DNA of 32,000 nucleotides. Source: a virus. The DNA is taken from positions 1-32,000 of IMG/VR virus record IMGVR_UViG_3300045988_123082. The stretch is one strand, 5' to 3'. The notes beneath the pieces are model-generated. The model searched no databases. It was given only the letters and a program-made list of their open reading frames with translations, and was not told the DNA's origin. Below, in pieces: positions 6,166-16,800 of this stretch. The stretch's first letter is position 1, and each line of letters opens with the position of its first letter. A program made the translations under genes and the position numbers.

Positions 6166-7059
6166 CTAATAAATTTCTGCGTCTACACTTATTGTTGTAT
6201 CGTTTAAATCTACACCAATTGCAGTATTGTTTAATGAGGTATCTACAGGATTTGTATATACACGTAAGTATTGATTATTTGCATAGCCATTGGTTGTGTT
6301 AAACGAGATTTGTTTACCTGTTCCGTTAACTCTAAGAAAAGTTTGCTTGTTAGCCCCTGTAAAGATTACATTTCGACTATTTCGCATATAAACGCCCCTT
6401 GCAAAAGGAATATATATAGCGCTATTAGCTCCATAGCCGGCTAATGAACTCTCTAGAACTACATAGAATCTTTGACACTTCAAAATTTCTTCCGCATAAT
6501 TTGGAGCAATAAATTCCGTAGCTACTTTACCTTGTTCCAATTTAACCCATTTAAGAGTTATGTTAGTTCCTCGATTCAAAAAGATTGTAAATGCTTTTGT
6601 GCTCTTACTTGTATGTACAACATTTAATCCTTGTTTCAATACAACTTGTGAATTATCATCTGCCACCATTGTTACCGTTCCGCTTACAGATGTTACATAG
6701 CATGATAATGTAGAATCACCTTCCGTCGCATTTTCTAAATATTGTAGAAAAGTTCCGGTATCTGTGTATTTGTCATTCTTGACTGTAATACCTCCATTAG
6801 CGTTTGACGTAACTGTTACATTCCAAATTTTCCAACGGTCTACTGAATAACCTTGTTTTTCGTAGCTCGTAGCACCTCTTTGATTGATTTTAAAATCCGG
6901 ATTAATCAATAAATTCGGATTACTGAATTTTTTTCCTAAATAATCAGCTAGTTGCGATAATAAACCTTTTTTCAATCCTGCACCATTGTGTACAGGCAAT
7001 AAGCTATTATCAGTGAAACTAGGTAATGCGTCTAATTCCGTGACTTGTTTTCCTGGCAT
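6166..7059 (-). CDS. tail fibre / receptor-binding protein candidate
   Basis: 297 aa, the last large gene of the fibre module. The N-terminus VTELDALPSFTDNSLLPVHNG...LLSQLADYL is typical of fibre N-terminal anchors. Confidence 0.55.
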   Translation of the reverse strand: MPGKQVTELDALPSFTDNSLLPVHNGAGLKKGLLSQLADYLGKKFSNPNLLINPDFKINQRGATSYEKQGYSVDRWKIWNVTVTSNANGGITVKNDKYTDTGTFLQYLENATEGDSTLSCYVTSVSGTVTMVADDNSQVVLKQGLNVVHTSKSTKAFTIFLNRGTNITLKWVKLEQGKVATEFIAPNYAEEILKCQRFYVVLESSLAGYGANSAIYIPFARGVYMRNSRNVIFTGANKQTFLRVNGTGKQISFNTTNGYANNQYLRVYTNPVDTSLNNTAIGVDLNDTTISVDAEIY

Positions 7060-7062
7060 GTA

Positions 7063-7308
7063 TTATTCCTCCTTGACTTTATATGTCCAATCCGTGCCGA
7101 CTTCTCCACTTGCCACTTCGTAAGACCAATCGGCTAGGATTGTATTTCCTTTTTCATCCACTAAATCCTGAGCGCTTGTAGCGTTCAAATTTGTAGTGAA
7201 GTGATTATTCATCACCATTTGATTCAATGCGTTATGTGATGTGGTTACAGACTTTATTTTCGAGACAAGCCACTGAATAGAAGCTTTGTCTTTGAATACG
7301 AAAGCCAT
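7063..7308 (-). CDS. small fibre-module protein
   Basis: 81 aa. The N-terminus resembles that of 7312..7920 (..SKIKS..). The C-terminus NHFTTNL...NTILADWSYEV resembles the C-terminus of 8566..9474 (NHFYTPL...NILQADWRYKVE). Confidence 0.5.
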   Translation of the reverse strand: MAFVFKDKASIQWLVSKIKSVTTSHNALNQMVMNNHFTTNLNATSAQDLVDEKGNTILADWSYEVASGEVGTDWTYKVKEE

Positions 7309-7311
7309 ATG

Positions 7312-7920
7312 CTAACCCCACATTGTGTTTAAATCGTTTGTAGTAATCGCAGTTAATTCTGACTTCTTAACATACGCAGATAAATCAATGTCTGTATTAC
7401 CAATCTTTTCATATGTTTTTGTTTCTGAAAGCCAAATATATTCATCATAAATATCTTGCGTTCCATGTGAATGTGCAACCAAATAAATAACACCATTTGA
7501 ACCTGTAGCAGGTAAGCTAGTTACCTTTTCATATCTAATAGATGTAATATTACCAACTGCCGAATTAATCAACGATTGTACTTGTGATTGCGTTTGATAC
7601 CCTTTAGCCGTGATAATTGACTCAACGCTCGTTGCCGACTGATATCCACTGTCATTCGTTAATTGCGATGTCTTTGTCGGTACTGTAACATCTACGGCTT
7701 TTGAGCTTGGCGTTAACTTCGTACCATTTACCTTTACCGACTCAATCACGTTCACTTGAGCACCATTTGCGATACCACTTAATTTTTGCTTTTCTGCGCT
7801 TGTGTAGTCATTTGTCGATAAGCCTTTACCACTTACAACGTCAACTTTTCCACCTAATGCAGATTTAATCTTACTGATTAAGAGCGTCAATCCACTCTTA
7901 TCTAAATATTCAATAGCCAT
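7312..7920 (-). CDS. tail fibre protein
   Basis: The motif GLSTNDYTSAEKQKLSGIANGAQVN is common in Firmicutes phage fibre proteins. Confidence 0.6.
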   Translation of the reverse strand: MAIEYLDKSGLTLLISKIKSALGGKVDVVSGKGLSTNDYTSAEKQKLSGIANGAQVNVIESVKVNGTKLTPSSKAVDVTVPTKTSQLTNDSGYQSATSVESIITAKGYQTQSQVQSLINSAVGNITSIRYEKVTSLPATGSNGVIYLVAHSHGTQDIYDEYIWLSETKTYEKIGNTDIDLSAYVKKSELTAITTNDLNTMWG

Positions 7921-7931
7921 TCTTTTTCCTC

Positions 7932-8261
7932 CTATAGACTATTCCATAATTCATCTAGTTCGATTGTTGATACAGATGTTACAGAACCTTCTGCCATAGC
8001 CCCTACATCTTCCGGAGTGTATACCGGTCTTGTTTCTGCTTTTGCCCATTTCGGAACTGTTGGGTCTATTTCTTCAACTTCACCAATGATTTCATTTCCA
8101 TTTAATTTAGGTTTGTTTCTGAGCTTGTTATAGTCGGATGTGCCTCCTCCATATTGTTCCTTGACTTCTAAATTCAAATCATCACTATTTCCATCTACTT
8201 CTATATCAATCTGCTCTGAGTCATCCTGAACATCCAACGTAACTTGATTCATTAAAATCAT
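7932..8261 (-). CDS. phage structural (fibre-associated) protein
   Basis: The motif SDYNKLRNKPKLNGNEI is common in fibre and tail-spike N-termini. Confidence 0.5.
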   Translation of the reverse strand: MILMNQVTLDVQDDSEQIDIEVDGNSDDLNLEVKEQYGGGTSDYNKLRNKPKLNGNEIIGEVEEIDPTVPKWAKAETRPVYTPEDVGAMAEGSVTSVSTIELDELWNSL

Positions 8262-8557
8262 GTAATCACTTCCTTATCAAGGATTCTATGTACTGTAGTT
8301 GTAGCTATTGAGCTTGCTATCGCTAACCCATCTTGTGTTATAGCTCTTAATTGTACGTTAACTATCCCTTTCTTGAATTTAAGTGTTTCTTCTTGTGTTA
8401 ATGTGATTCTAATTTCATCATCTTCAATTTCAATTTGAGACATATCTTTTCTTAAAAGATGTCCATCTTGCTCAAATGTAATGTAAACACTTTTTAATTC
8501 ACTTAAATCTATATTGTTAACATTTATAACAATTGTCGGTGTTGTTCCTTGTCTCAT
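8258..8557 (-). CDS. small beta-sandwich baseplate protein (RQG-T N-terminal motif)
   Basis: 99 aa starting MRQGTTPTIVINV. Paralogous in pattern to 9477..9770. Confidence 0.5.
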   Translation of the reverse strand: MRQGTTPTIVINVNNIDLSELKSVYITFEQDGHLLRKDMSQIEIEDDEIRITLTQEETLKFKKGIVNVQLRAITQDGLAIASSIATTTVHRILDKEVIT

Positions 8558-8565
8558 AATCTCAC

Positions 8566-9474
8566 CTATTCAACTTTATATCGCCAATCTGCTTGCAATA
8601 TGTTATTTTCTTCATCTATCAGTTCAGAATCTATATCAATTAATAAAGGTGTATAAAAATGGTTATCTAATATCATTTCCATAATATTAGAAATCTGTAT
8701 TCTTATCGCATTTCCAGCTGTTGAATAAATTTTTCCGTCATATCCTATACGAATATCCGTTATTTCAGTATTGGCATCAGGCAAGCTTCCTGAATCGAAT
8801 AATTGATCTACTCTAGATTTCAGAACATTTAAATCCTCAAAGCGTATGCCATACTTGGAAATTAAATCATTTAATTCTTCAATCCCTGAATCTTTTATAT
8901 TTGTAATTGTTGTTACACCTGTATCACGTGCTTCTCTTATATCTTTCACTGCTTGATTGCACTTTTCGGACACTAGTAAAAGCATCATCGCAATCTCATC
9001 TCGTTCATTTTGATCTAATGAAGCAGATTTTGAATATATACTTTCAGGAGTAACAACTCTTGATAGTGTAGTAGCCCATCTTTTTTGAATGTTTCCATCA
9101 TCATCTACAATAACCGCACTCACCACAAAATAAAGATCACCTTTATTTTTTAATGCGTTATTAGGTACGATCCAAGCAAATTCACACGTATCATAGTAAG
9201 TAACTTTATCTGTAGTTATACTTGACCCAATAATGTTTTTTGAATCTCGATAATTAACTCGTATTAAAGCATCTTCCATTTTAAATATTTCTGAAACCGT
9301 ATTTATAACCCTAAACCGAATATATTTAGAATCTTTATCGTATTGAACACCAAATACGTTTTCAGGATCAGGGATATAAATCTCACGAGTACGTGCATCA
9401 ATAACAAGTGTCTCATTATCTACACCTGCATATGTATCTAAGTCAAAGCTTAAAGTTGCATTTAATTTAGCCAT
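8566..9474 (-). CDS. baseplate upper protein-like (BppU-like) structural protein
   Basis: 302 aa with an N-terminal beta domain, a central coiled region and a C-terminal ADWRYKVE motif shared with 7063..7308. Confidence 0.45.
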   Translation of the reverse strand: MAKLNATLSFDLDTYAGVDNETLVIDARTREIYIPDPENVFGVQYDKDSKYIRFRVINTVSEIFKMEDALIRVNYRDSKNIIGSSITTDKVTYYDTCEFAWIVPNNALKNKGDLYFVVSAVIVDDDGNIQKRWATTLSRVVTPESIYSKSASLDQNERDEIAMMLLLVSEKCNQAVKDIREARDTGVTTITNIKDSGIEELNDLISKYGIRFEDLNVLKSRVDQLFDSGSLPDANTEITDIRIGYDGKIYSTAGNAIRIQISNIMEMILDNHFYTPLLIDIDSELIDEENNILQADWRYKVE

Positions 9475-9476
9475 TT

Positions 9477-9770
9477 CTACCCTCCTCTTACTATCAATGT
9501 ACCAGATAACGGTGTATCATGAATACCATTTGCCATTACTCGAATAGCCCAAGAATAAGTTCCAACTTCTAAATCATCTGTAGGACACCTGATTTTTAAA
9601 TCATCTTTAATTTCAACACATTTAACCATTTTAAAATTTTTCATAATAACAAATAAACATTGATCTTTTTCTCCAGGTATAAATGTGTTTCCACTTTTGA
9701 AATTAAAAGATATTTCAGAAATGATAGTATCACCTTGACGAATAAAGATATGATCTCTTTTTATCTCCAT
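9477..9770 (-). CDS. small beta-sandwich baseplate protein (RQGDT motif)
   Basis: 97 aa, with IRQGDTIISEISFNF near the N-terminus. Confidence 0.5.
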   Translation of the reverse strand: MEIKRDHIFIRQGDTIISEISFNFKSGNTFIPGEKDQCLFVIMKNFKMVKCVEIKDDLKIRCPTDDLEVGTYSWAIRVMANGIHDTPLSGTLIVRGG

Positions 9771-9785
9771 GTATGCTCCTTCCTT

Positions 9786-10823
9786 CTACTTATATAGAAT
9801 TGCCTTTTTCCATTCCAATCCATCAAAAACAAATAATCTACATAACTGATAATTACTTCTATTCTGTGTAACTGCTAATGAATAGCCCCGTTTCCATCTT
9901 GTTCCATCAAACCTCCACACTTCCATGTGTGTAAACGTTGTATTGAATTTAACGTTCACCCATGAAGATGTTCTGTCTAATGAATCTGTAACAAGTACTT
10001 GAATCGTTCTTTCTGTATTTTTTGGAACAGAATATAGCTTAAATTCTCTAGAATCCACTGTGTTTTGACTTGATCCATCTTTGTATGTTACTGATTTAAC
10101 ATGTCCATCATCCGATGTATGTACAGTGAATTTCACATCATCTGTATTTCCACTACCTTTGATAATTTCAAAATCTACATAAGTTACATATACAGAAGCG
10201 TAGTTTTCCAATGTAGTGGCCTTTAATACCGTTTGTGACAATCTATTTCCGCTACAGTCTGCCATATAAGATTCTACATGAAATTCATATTCTGTTTTCT
10301 GAGTAAGACCAGTAAAAGTATAATTTCCATTTAAATTATTACTTACAAATTGTTCATCCTTATTAGAATATAAACGTAATGTATATAAGTTATATGGATT
10401 CGTTTTCAACTTTCCAAAAATTGAAATGTCATTGTTTCCAACACCTGATATCCATGCATCATATGATGGTAAATCAATTAATGGTGTAGTCAATCTTGCT
10501 TTCCCCGATAAATTAGGAAAGCCTTGACAACTCGCATCCCATTCAAAATACCGTTGTCTATTGCAGTACATAGGGTCATTAATTTGTCCTAGATAATACC
10601 ATCCTGAATCCTGGATATAATTTAAATCCCATCTTGAAATAGTTTTAGAAAGTCCTCCGAGAGTAACAACATTGTTTGCTTGGATTTTGAAATTTCCGGT
10701 GTATCTAAACCTTACATCCGCTTTAAATCTTAAATTAGGATACGAACCTTCGTATCTCTCGTTGTAAGATTCAAACGTAAGCATTAAATACGGATTATAG
10801 GTTAACGTTGCTAAAACAGTCAT
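9786..10823 (-). CDS. baseplate/fibre protein with an FN3-like segment
   Basis: 345 aa. YTFTGLTQKTEYEFHVESY resembles an FN3 strand pattern. Confidence 0.5.
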   Translation of the reverse strand: MTVLATLTYNPYLMLTFESYNERYEGSYPNLRFKADVRFRYTGNFKIQANNVVTLGGLSKTISRWDLNYIQDSGWYYLGQINDPMYCNRQRYFEWDASCQGFPNLSGKARLTTPLIDLPSYDAWISGVGNNDISIFGKLKTNPYNLYTLRLYSNKDEQFVSNNLNGNYTFTGLTQKTEYEFHVESYMADCSGNRLSQTVLKATTLENYASVYVTYVDFEIIKGSGNTDDVKFTVHTSDDGHVKSVTYKDGSSQNTVDSREFKLYSVPKNTERTIQVLVTDSLDRTSSWVNVKFNTTFTHMEVWRFDGTRWKRGYSLAVTQNRSNYQLCRLFVFDGLEWKKAILYK

Positions 10824-10826
10824 ACA

Positions 10827-11423
10827 CTATTCCTCGTATTTGATATAGATATCCCCAGCTTTATCACCATCTTGTACAGTAGGATCTGTAGTTCCACTAC
10901 GTACATTTACAGTAAGCTTTAATCGATCATCAAATTGTTTTTGATATCCTTCCAATGTTTTAATAGTTGTTTGTGCCTTTGCAATCGCATCTAACAGATT
11001 TTTAAAATTTTCTGTTGAATCAATACCACTATCTAACGCAAAATTCTTTACAACTTTAATTTTAAATGTGAATGAAGTTACAAATGTATTATCTGAGCTC
11101 AATACGATTTCAGCACTTACAATACCTGCTTCTGCTAGAATATTTGCAAACGTTTCTGTGTCAGAAAATGTAATTTCATATGCATTCGAGTTTTCAAATC
11201 GTGATACACTAGTCGCATCCACACTTACATTTAATCCACTTGGTTTTTCAATCCACATAGTAGCCGTTAATGATGAGTCAGTTTCTGAAGGTTCATCTAC
11301 AATCACATCATCACTCACAAATACAATAAGTCCTCGTCCTGTATCTCCTTGAAGCATTTCCAACGTTAAATCAGAATTTTCTTTTGTAAGACTTACAGTT
11401 AAATGACTATATACAATCGCCAT
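10827..11423 (-). CDS. BppU_N-like baseplate protein
   Basis: ATG 11423 lies 1 nt after the Tal stop, with GTGAGGT upstream. This is preferred over the GTG at 11435 used by the ORF track. The motif LQGDTGRGL is typical of BppU N-domains. Confidence 0.5.
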   Translation of the reverse strand: MAIVYSHLTVSLTKENSDLTLEMLQGDTGRGLIVFVSDDVIVDEPSETDSSLTATMWIEKPSGLNVSVDATSVSRFENSNAYEITFSDTETFANILAEAGIVSAEIVLSSDNTFVTSFTFKIKVVKNFALDSGIDSTENFKNLLDAIAKAQTTIKTLEGYQKQFDDRLKLTVNVRSGTTDPTVQDGDKAGDIYIKYEE

Positions 11424-11424
11424 G

Positions 11425-13014
11425 TTATACCTCACTTTCTAATACAAGATCTAAATCTTCAGGACGTTCCGTAATCAAGTTATAGGTCAATTTATTTAAA
11501 TAAAACCTTTCTCGTTTTCCAAACTCAGTTTCTACATAAATCGAATCATTTAACTTTAACATCTGTACATCAGGCACATTAGATGAAAATAGTTCTTCAA
11601 ATTTAATAGGAGTTTCTGTTTTTGGCTCTTGCAGTTCTTTCTCCAAAGATTTTTTAGCTTGTATTCTAAGATAGTTTCTTAGGTTCACTTCATTTGTAAA
11701 TACGCCCAATGTTGTTTTCTCTGCTTGTGAATCATCCGCAATCAATTTGATATCAGAATATTCTTTTACATCAATTCTATGAATTTCATCTGTATCCCAA
11801 TTACTAGCCTTAACGATCTCGTTATTCGGTAGAAGTCGTCCATTGTATGCCTTTGGTATGATTCCTGTAACTACATTTTCCATTGATTTTTTCTTAGTGT
11901 ATTCAGACATTTCTTTATTACTTATAAAGAAATCATTTGGTTTCAAATTGGAAGCATAGTAATCTGGATTTCCAAAATAACAGTCATAATTGTTGAACAT
12001 CGCAACATATCTGTTGTTTTCACATTCAGGCCATCTGTTCATCATGGAATTTTCTTCTGTGCCAAACAAACATTGGATCAGATTATATCGAACCCAATAT
12101 GCCGTTTGTGTGGAATCCACATCTTCAACCATCCATTTACACGCATTTCCAACTTCGGCAGTACCTCTATCAGCAACAATAACTTTATTTCCATTGCCAA
12201 TACTCGTTGAACTAGGATAGATGCCATAATATATGTTTCCATATGGTGCAATCTCGTAACTAGAACCATTGTTAATGAACCACCATTTCTCAGAATTATC
12301 TGATGGACTTTCAGATAGGCTGCCTAACACAACCTTTCCTGAGTCCAATTTAAGCCATCTACATGAACATAAAGATAAAATTCCATATATATCTCCATAT
12401 TTGTCTGACCCTACTTTTTTCAACATGAAAGTCTGTGCGGACGTTCTGTTTCTTTGATACGTCTGTAACTGTAAAGATGCATCTTCACTTGCGTTTGGAA
12501 CATCCAAACAATACCCACTATTCTGAACATTTCGGAAATAAACGATTTTTTCATTCTCTGCATTAACGTTGGCATAGTTTGCATATTTTCCATGTCCATA
12601 AATTTTATAAGGATAATTGGGCCGTGAATTTGTGATAATATCATTTGCGGCATTTATCGCATCTTGCCACGTACCACTCATAGTACGATCATCAAACACA
12701 AACACTTCTTTTTGAGAATCAAAGAACACATGTGTTGCATAGCATGTATATGTATCTTTCTGTTTGTTGTATTTTGGATACGCAATTCTATATAACTGAG
12801 GTTCTTCAAAATTGATATCCACTTTAAACACGGATTCATCACTGATTTCCATACCCATCAAATCACTTTTTGGGAATTCTATTTCTACGCACCAAATAGA
12901 ATTTCTTTCAAACACTGCTTTTGCACTAACACAATGTTTTAAAATTACATCTCCATTACGTTCTTTCATTTGTGCATATGTTGTTTTTTTTCTAGAAAAG
13001 AATAAATGAATCAT
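11425..13014 (-). CDS. tail-associated lysin/Tal-type tail tip protein with an inserted beta-trefoil (ricin-type) lectin-like domain
   Basis: 529 aa, directly after Dit. Residues ~155-300 show three repeats ending AQTF / EKWWF / CKWMV (QxW-like). Confidence 0.6.
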   Translation of the reverse strand: MIHLFFSRKKTTYAQMKERNGDVILKHCVSAKAVFERNSIWCVEIEFPKSDLMGMEISDESVFKVDINFEEPQLYRIAYPKYNKQKDTYTCYATHVFFDSQKEVFVFDDRTMSGTWQDAINAANDIITNSRPNYPYKIYGHGKYANYANVNAENEKIVYFRNVQNSGYCLDVPNASEDASLQLQTYQRNRTSAQTFMLKKVGSDKYGDIYGILSLCSCRWLKLDSGKVVLGSLSESPSDNSEKWWFINNGSSYEIAPYGNIYYGIYPSSTSIGNGNKVIVADRGTAEVGNACKWMVEDVDSTQTAYWVRYNLIQCLFGTEENSMMNRWPECENNRYVAMFNNYDCYFGNPDYYASNLKPNDFFISNKEMSEYTKKKSMENVVTGIIPKAYNGRLLPNNEIVKASNWDTDEIHRIDVKEYSDIKLIADDSQAEKTTLGVFTNEVNLRNYLRIQAKKSLEKELQEPKTETPIKFEELFSSNVPDVQMLKLNDSIYVETEFGKRERFYLNKLTYNLITERPEDLDLVLESEV

Positions 13015-13016
13015 CT

Positions 13017-13814
13017 TTATTTCTCCCTATAATTACGTATAATTTCTGCACGAATAGCACCAATATCTGTTGCGATCAATACATTATTTGAACCATAATT
13101 AAACTTAAGTCCGTCAAATGATCCACTTGTTTTCAATGTGTCATATTTATACGTTCCATTTTTATAGTATGTTTTCATATAAGAATTCTCTGTATTGATT
13201 TCAACATACGAAATATCCGATGTACCGTTAAAAGGATTTGTGATTGTAAAATTATTTCCGTTACAATTAATCGTAATGTTTTTTGCGTTCATGGAAGTGT
13301 TATATAGACGATAGATTGGATATGCTGTTTCATAATAATTCGCAAGTTCTACCTTTTTTCCACTTACAATATCGTATGGCCTTGAATACTTATTTACGTA
13401 TCTGTAAGGTTCACAAATAAACGTGATTGTAAATTCACTTCCTCGCCCAAAATCTCTAGAATCCATATCGAACGTTATATTTTTTACCTTCCAATAATGT
13501 TCTCTATCATCACTAGTTAACTCCAATATTCCTTTGTTTCCATTAAAATATTGTTGGATCTTATAGATACGATCTAGATATTCTTTCTTGCTATTTAAAA
13601 CAAAGTTGCATTTGATAGGAATTTTGCGATCTTGATATACACCTGTATGACGATACGATGTAGTACCGTCACCAAGTGTAGATGTTTCTACAATTTCCTC
13701 TGCCATAGGAATAACAGGGCGCTCACTTACCTTTAATAAATACATAATATTTTGTGTATAACGCAGTTTATTTTCAGGTGTAAATCTAAAATGATACATT
13801 CTATGAACCTCCAT
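13017..13814 (-). CDS. distal tail protein (Dit)
   Basis: Located directly after the tape measure, with matching size. ATG 13799 with GGAGG 8 nt upstream is a likelier start than 13814. Confidence 0.65.
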   Translation of the reverse strand: MEVHRMYHFRFTPENKLRYTQNIMYLLKVSERPVIPMAEEIVETSTLGDGTTSYRHTGVYQDRKIPIKCNFVLNSKKEYLDRIYKIQQYFNGNKGILELTSDDREHYWKVKNITFDMDSRDFGRGSEFTITFICEPYRYVNKYSRPYDIVSGKKVELANYYETAYPIYRLYNTSMNAKNITINCNGNNFTITNPFNGTSDISYVEINTENSYMKTYYKNGTYKYDTLKTSGSFDGLKFNYGSNNVLIATDIGAIRAEIIRNYREK

Positions 13815-16800
13815 TTCCCCATGATTTCAACATATCTCGAATTGATATAATTTCTTGTACAGTATCTGTAACAACATTTCCATCCAATTGCATAGGTTGT
13901 AGATTGATTGTGATATTGCTATCCAATATTGCATTTAAAGCACTCGTTAAATTGTCCATTCTTTTGTAAATACCATCCAAGTTTAAATTGTATGCCGTAG
14001 AATTAGAGCGCGATACTGTACCACCCATAATAGATGTAGTAGCATCACTAGCCGCTGCATATGCGCTTGTATCAGCCAACGCTGCAATAGAATCAGCACT
14101 CATAGGTGCAACATCAGAATCAACAACAGGTCGAGATAAATTATCTAAAGAATGTTTTTCAGTTTTGTGTACAGTTTTCTTTATAGTTGTAATAACAATA
14201 GGATCTTTGGCAGCTGCTTTTGCGTTATGGATAGCTTTTTCAACTTTTTTTGCATAATCTATAGTTGCTTGCGCATACGGCTCATAAGCTTTCAATAATG
14301 CACTTCCACCTGATTTTCCCATAGAACCAGAAGATGCCTTTGCATTGGATTTTCCATCGCCCATCTTATCTCCAGTATCTTTGGATTTTTTTGAAGCTTT
14401 ATCTTTAGCTTTATCTAATTCCTTTTCTAATTCGTCAACTCCGCCTTTTGCCAAAGCTTTCATAGCTTGATCAACAGTAATTGTTCCATCTGCAATACCT
14501 GCTGCACATTTTTGTGGAATTTGTTCACCATCATAATTTGATTTCGTTAATGCTTCCTCAAACTCAATCAGGTTATTCAGCATTGTATTCGCTTCTGATA
14601 CACTGCCTGCATTTGAAATAATACTGTAAGCCATGCCTTGTGGAATATTAAGCCCAGCTGCACTTGCATTATCAACTAACTGCTGAAATGTCATCATAGA
14701 TGCCACAAAATTACTTGCCGTTTGATAACTTTCTGTGCCATTCATGATTCCGCTTGTTAACTTTTCAGGAATTTGAATACCAGCTTCACCAGCTTTATCT
14801 ATAGCACCTTGTAATGATTGTTTTAACGAATCTCCAATTTTTGTATAGCCACCCGTTTCTGCCTGGTTGTTGAGATCTAGTAAAGTTTTATTTGTTTCTT
14901 GCATTTTAGTTGCCATAGTTGCTAAAGAAACGTTTGCTTCATCTATTTTCTTTCTCAACTGCTCAATCTGAGTTTGATACCTTAATGCCTTTTCATTGTC
15001 TCCATCTTTAAATGCTTGTGACTGTTTGACTTTCAATTCATCCATCTTGTCATTTAATCCATGAACACTCTCTGTTACTTCACTATATTTCATCCGTTGC
15101 TTAATTAAAGCTTTTGTTTGTTCTTTAATCGCTTCTGCATACGCTTCTTGTTTAGCAGCTTCTTGAACTTTTTGAATGTATTCTTCTAACGCTTGATTGT
15201 TTTCAAACACCTTGCCTGTATTGTCGGCAACTTTTCCTGTATTTGAATCAATTGTTAAACCGAGATCAGGATAGATTTCATTCAATTGATTAACAGCTTC
15301 TTGCAACATTTGTTTCTGTATAGCATTTTTGTTTTCTACACCATTTAATTGTTCAATCGTTCTCATCAAAGAATTAGACTGACTAATATTCTGTTCATTT
15401 GTAGCCAAAATGGTTTCTGATTTTTCTTTATATTCATCGATTTTTTTATTGAACGAACTAACACTGTCTACAACTTTTAAATAACTTTGAGCTACTGCAT
15501 CATTCTTAACAGCATTTTCTAAAGCTTTTTTATTTGCCTTTTCAAACATAGGAACTAACACTGCAATTTCAGCAGCTGCCAATCCAACAGCTATTCCAAC
15601 TCCACCTAATGCAATACTTGAACCTTTTAATGCTTCAGTTGTAACCCCAGTTCGCTTAAACAATTTTGTCAATAAGCCATCAGTTTTATCTACAGGGCCA
15701 CTTAAATCGTTTAGTTCACTTGCCGTTTTGCCAATCCATGAAGAAACTTTTCCAAATCCATTTGTCAACTTCTGAGCGCCACTAAATATTTTTCCTAATC
15801 CTTTTGCGGTTGGATAAGCGGCTGCCGTCAACAACAACATCTTTGCGATTGTCTGTTGTGTTCCTTCATCTAAATCAGAGAATGCATTAGCTGCTTTTTT
15901 TACAACTTTTAAAATAGATGTAAGAGTAGGTGTAAATCCCTGGCCTAGTTCATCAGCGGCTTGTTTAACTGCTTCCCATGTCTGTGACATTTGAGATTTT
16001 AATGTTCCATATCGTTTTTCCGCTTCAGTTGCCATGGCTGAATTCGCTTGCCATGCGTTTTGAGAAACATTTAATGCTTTAGCCAATACATCCGAACTTT
16101 GTGCCAAAGCACCCATTGACTGTGCTTGTCGTACTTCCTTAATGCCTAATTCATCCAATGTTTTTGTAACATCTGCCGATTTTCCAATACCTTCTACAAA
16201 CTTTAAGAATGTTCCCGCTGCATCTTCTCCCCAAGCCTTTTGAAATTGTTGAGAAGTCATACCAGATACTTCTGCAAACTTTTGTAGTTTCTTATCTCCC
16301 GTAGAAACAGATAGATCAATTGTCTTCAACATTTTAGAAACAGAACTTCCACCTGCGGCTGCTTCAATGCCTAATGAAGATAATGCGGTTGATAATCCTA
16401 ATACTTCATTAGAGTTAAAACCTACCATCTTACCTGCAACGCCTAATCTAGTAGCCATATTCATAATATCTGCTTCGGTTGTAGAGAATTTATTTCCCAA
16501 GTCTACGATTGTAGAACCTAAACGAGAATAATACGTATTCGTCTTTTTAGACTGCGAAACCATTACGTTTGAGAACTTGGCAATACTTTGTGCTGCTTCT
16601 TCACCAACAAGATTTGTAGTATCACCCAATTCTGTAATAGTTTTAGTAAATCCAACAATAGAATCTGTAGGGATACCCATTTGTCCTGCAAGCTCTGCAT
16701 AATGGGCAATATCTTGATATGTACTCGATGTATTTTGAGCAAGATTTTTTAATCCAGCATTAATTTTTTCAAACTGTTGAGGTGTTCCATTTACTGTTTT

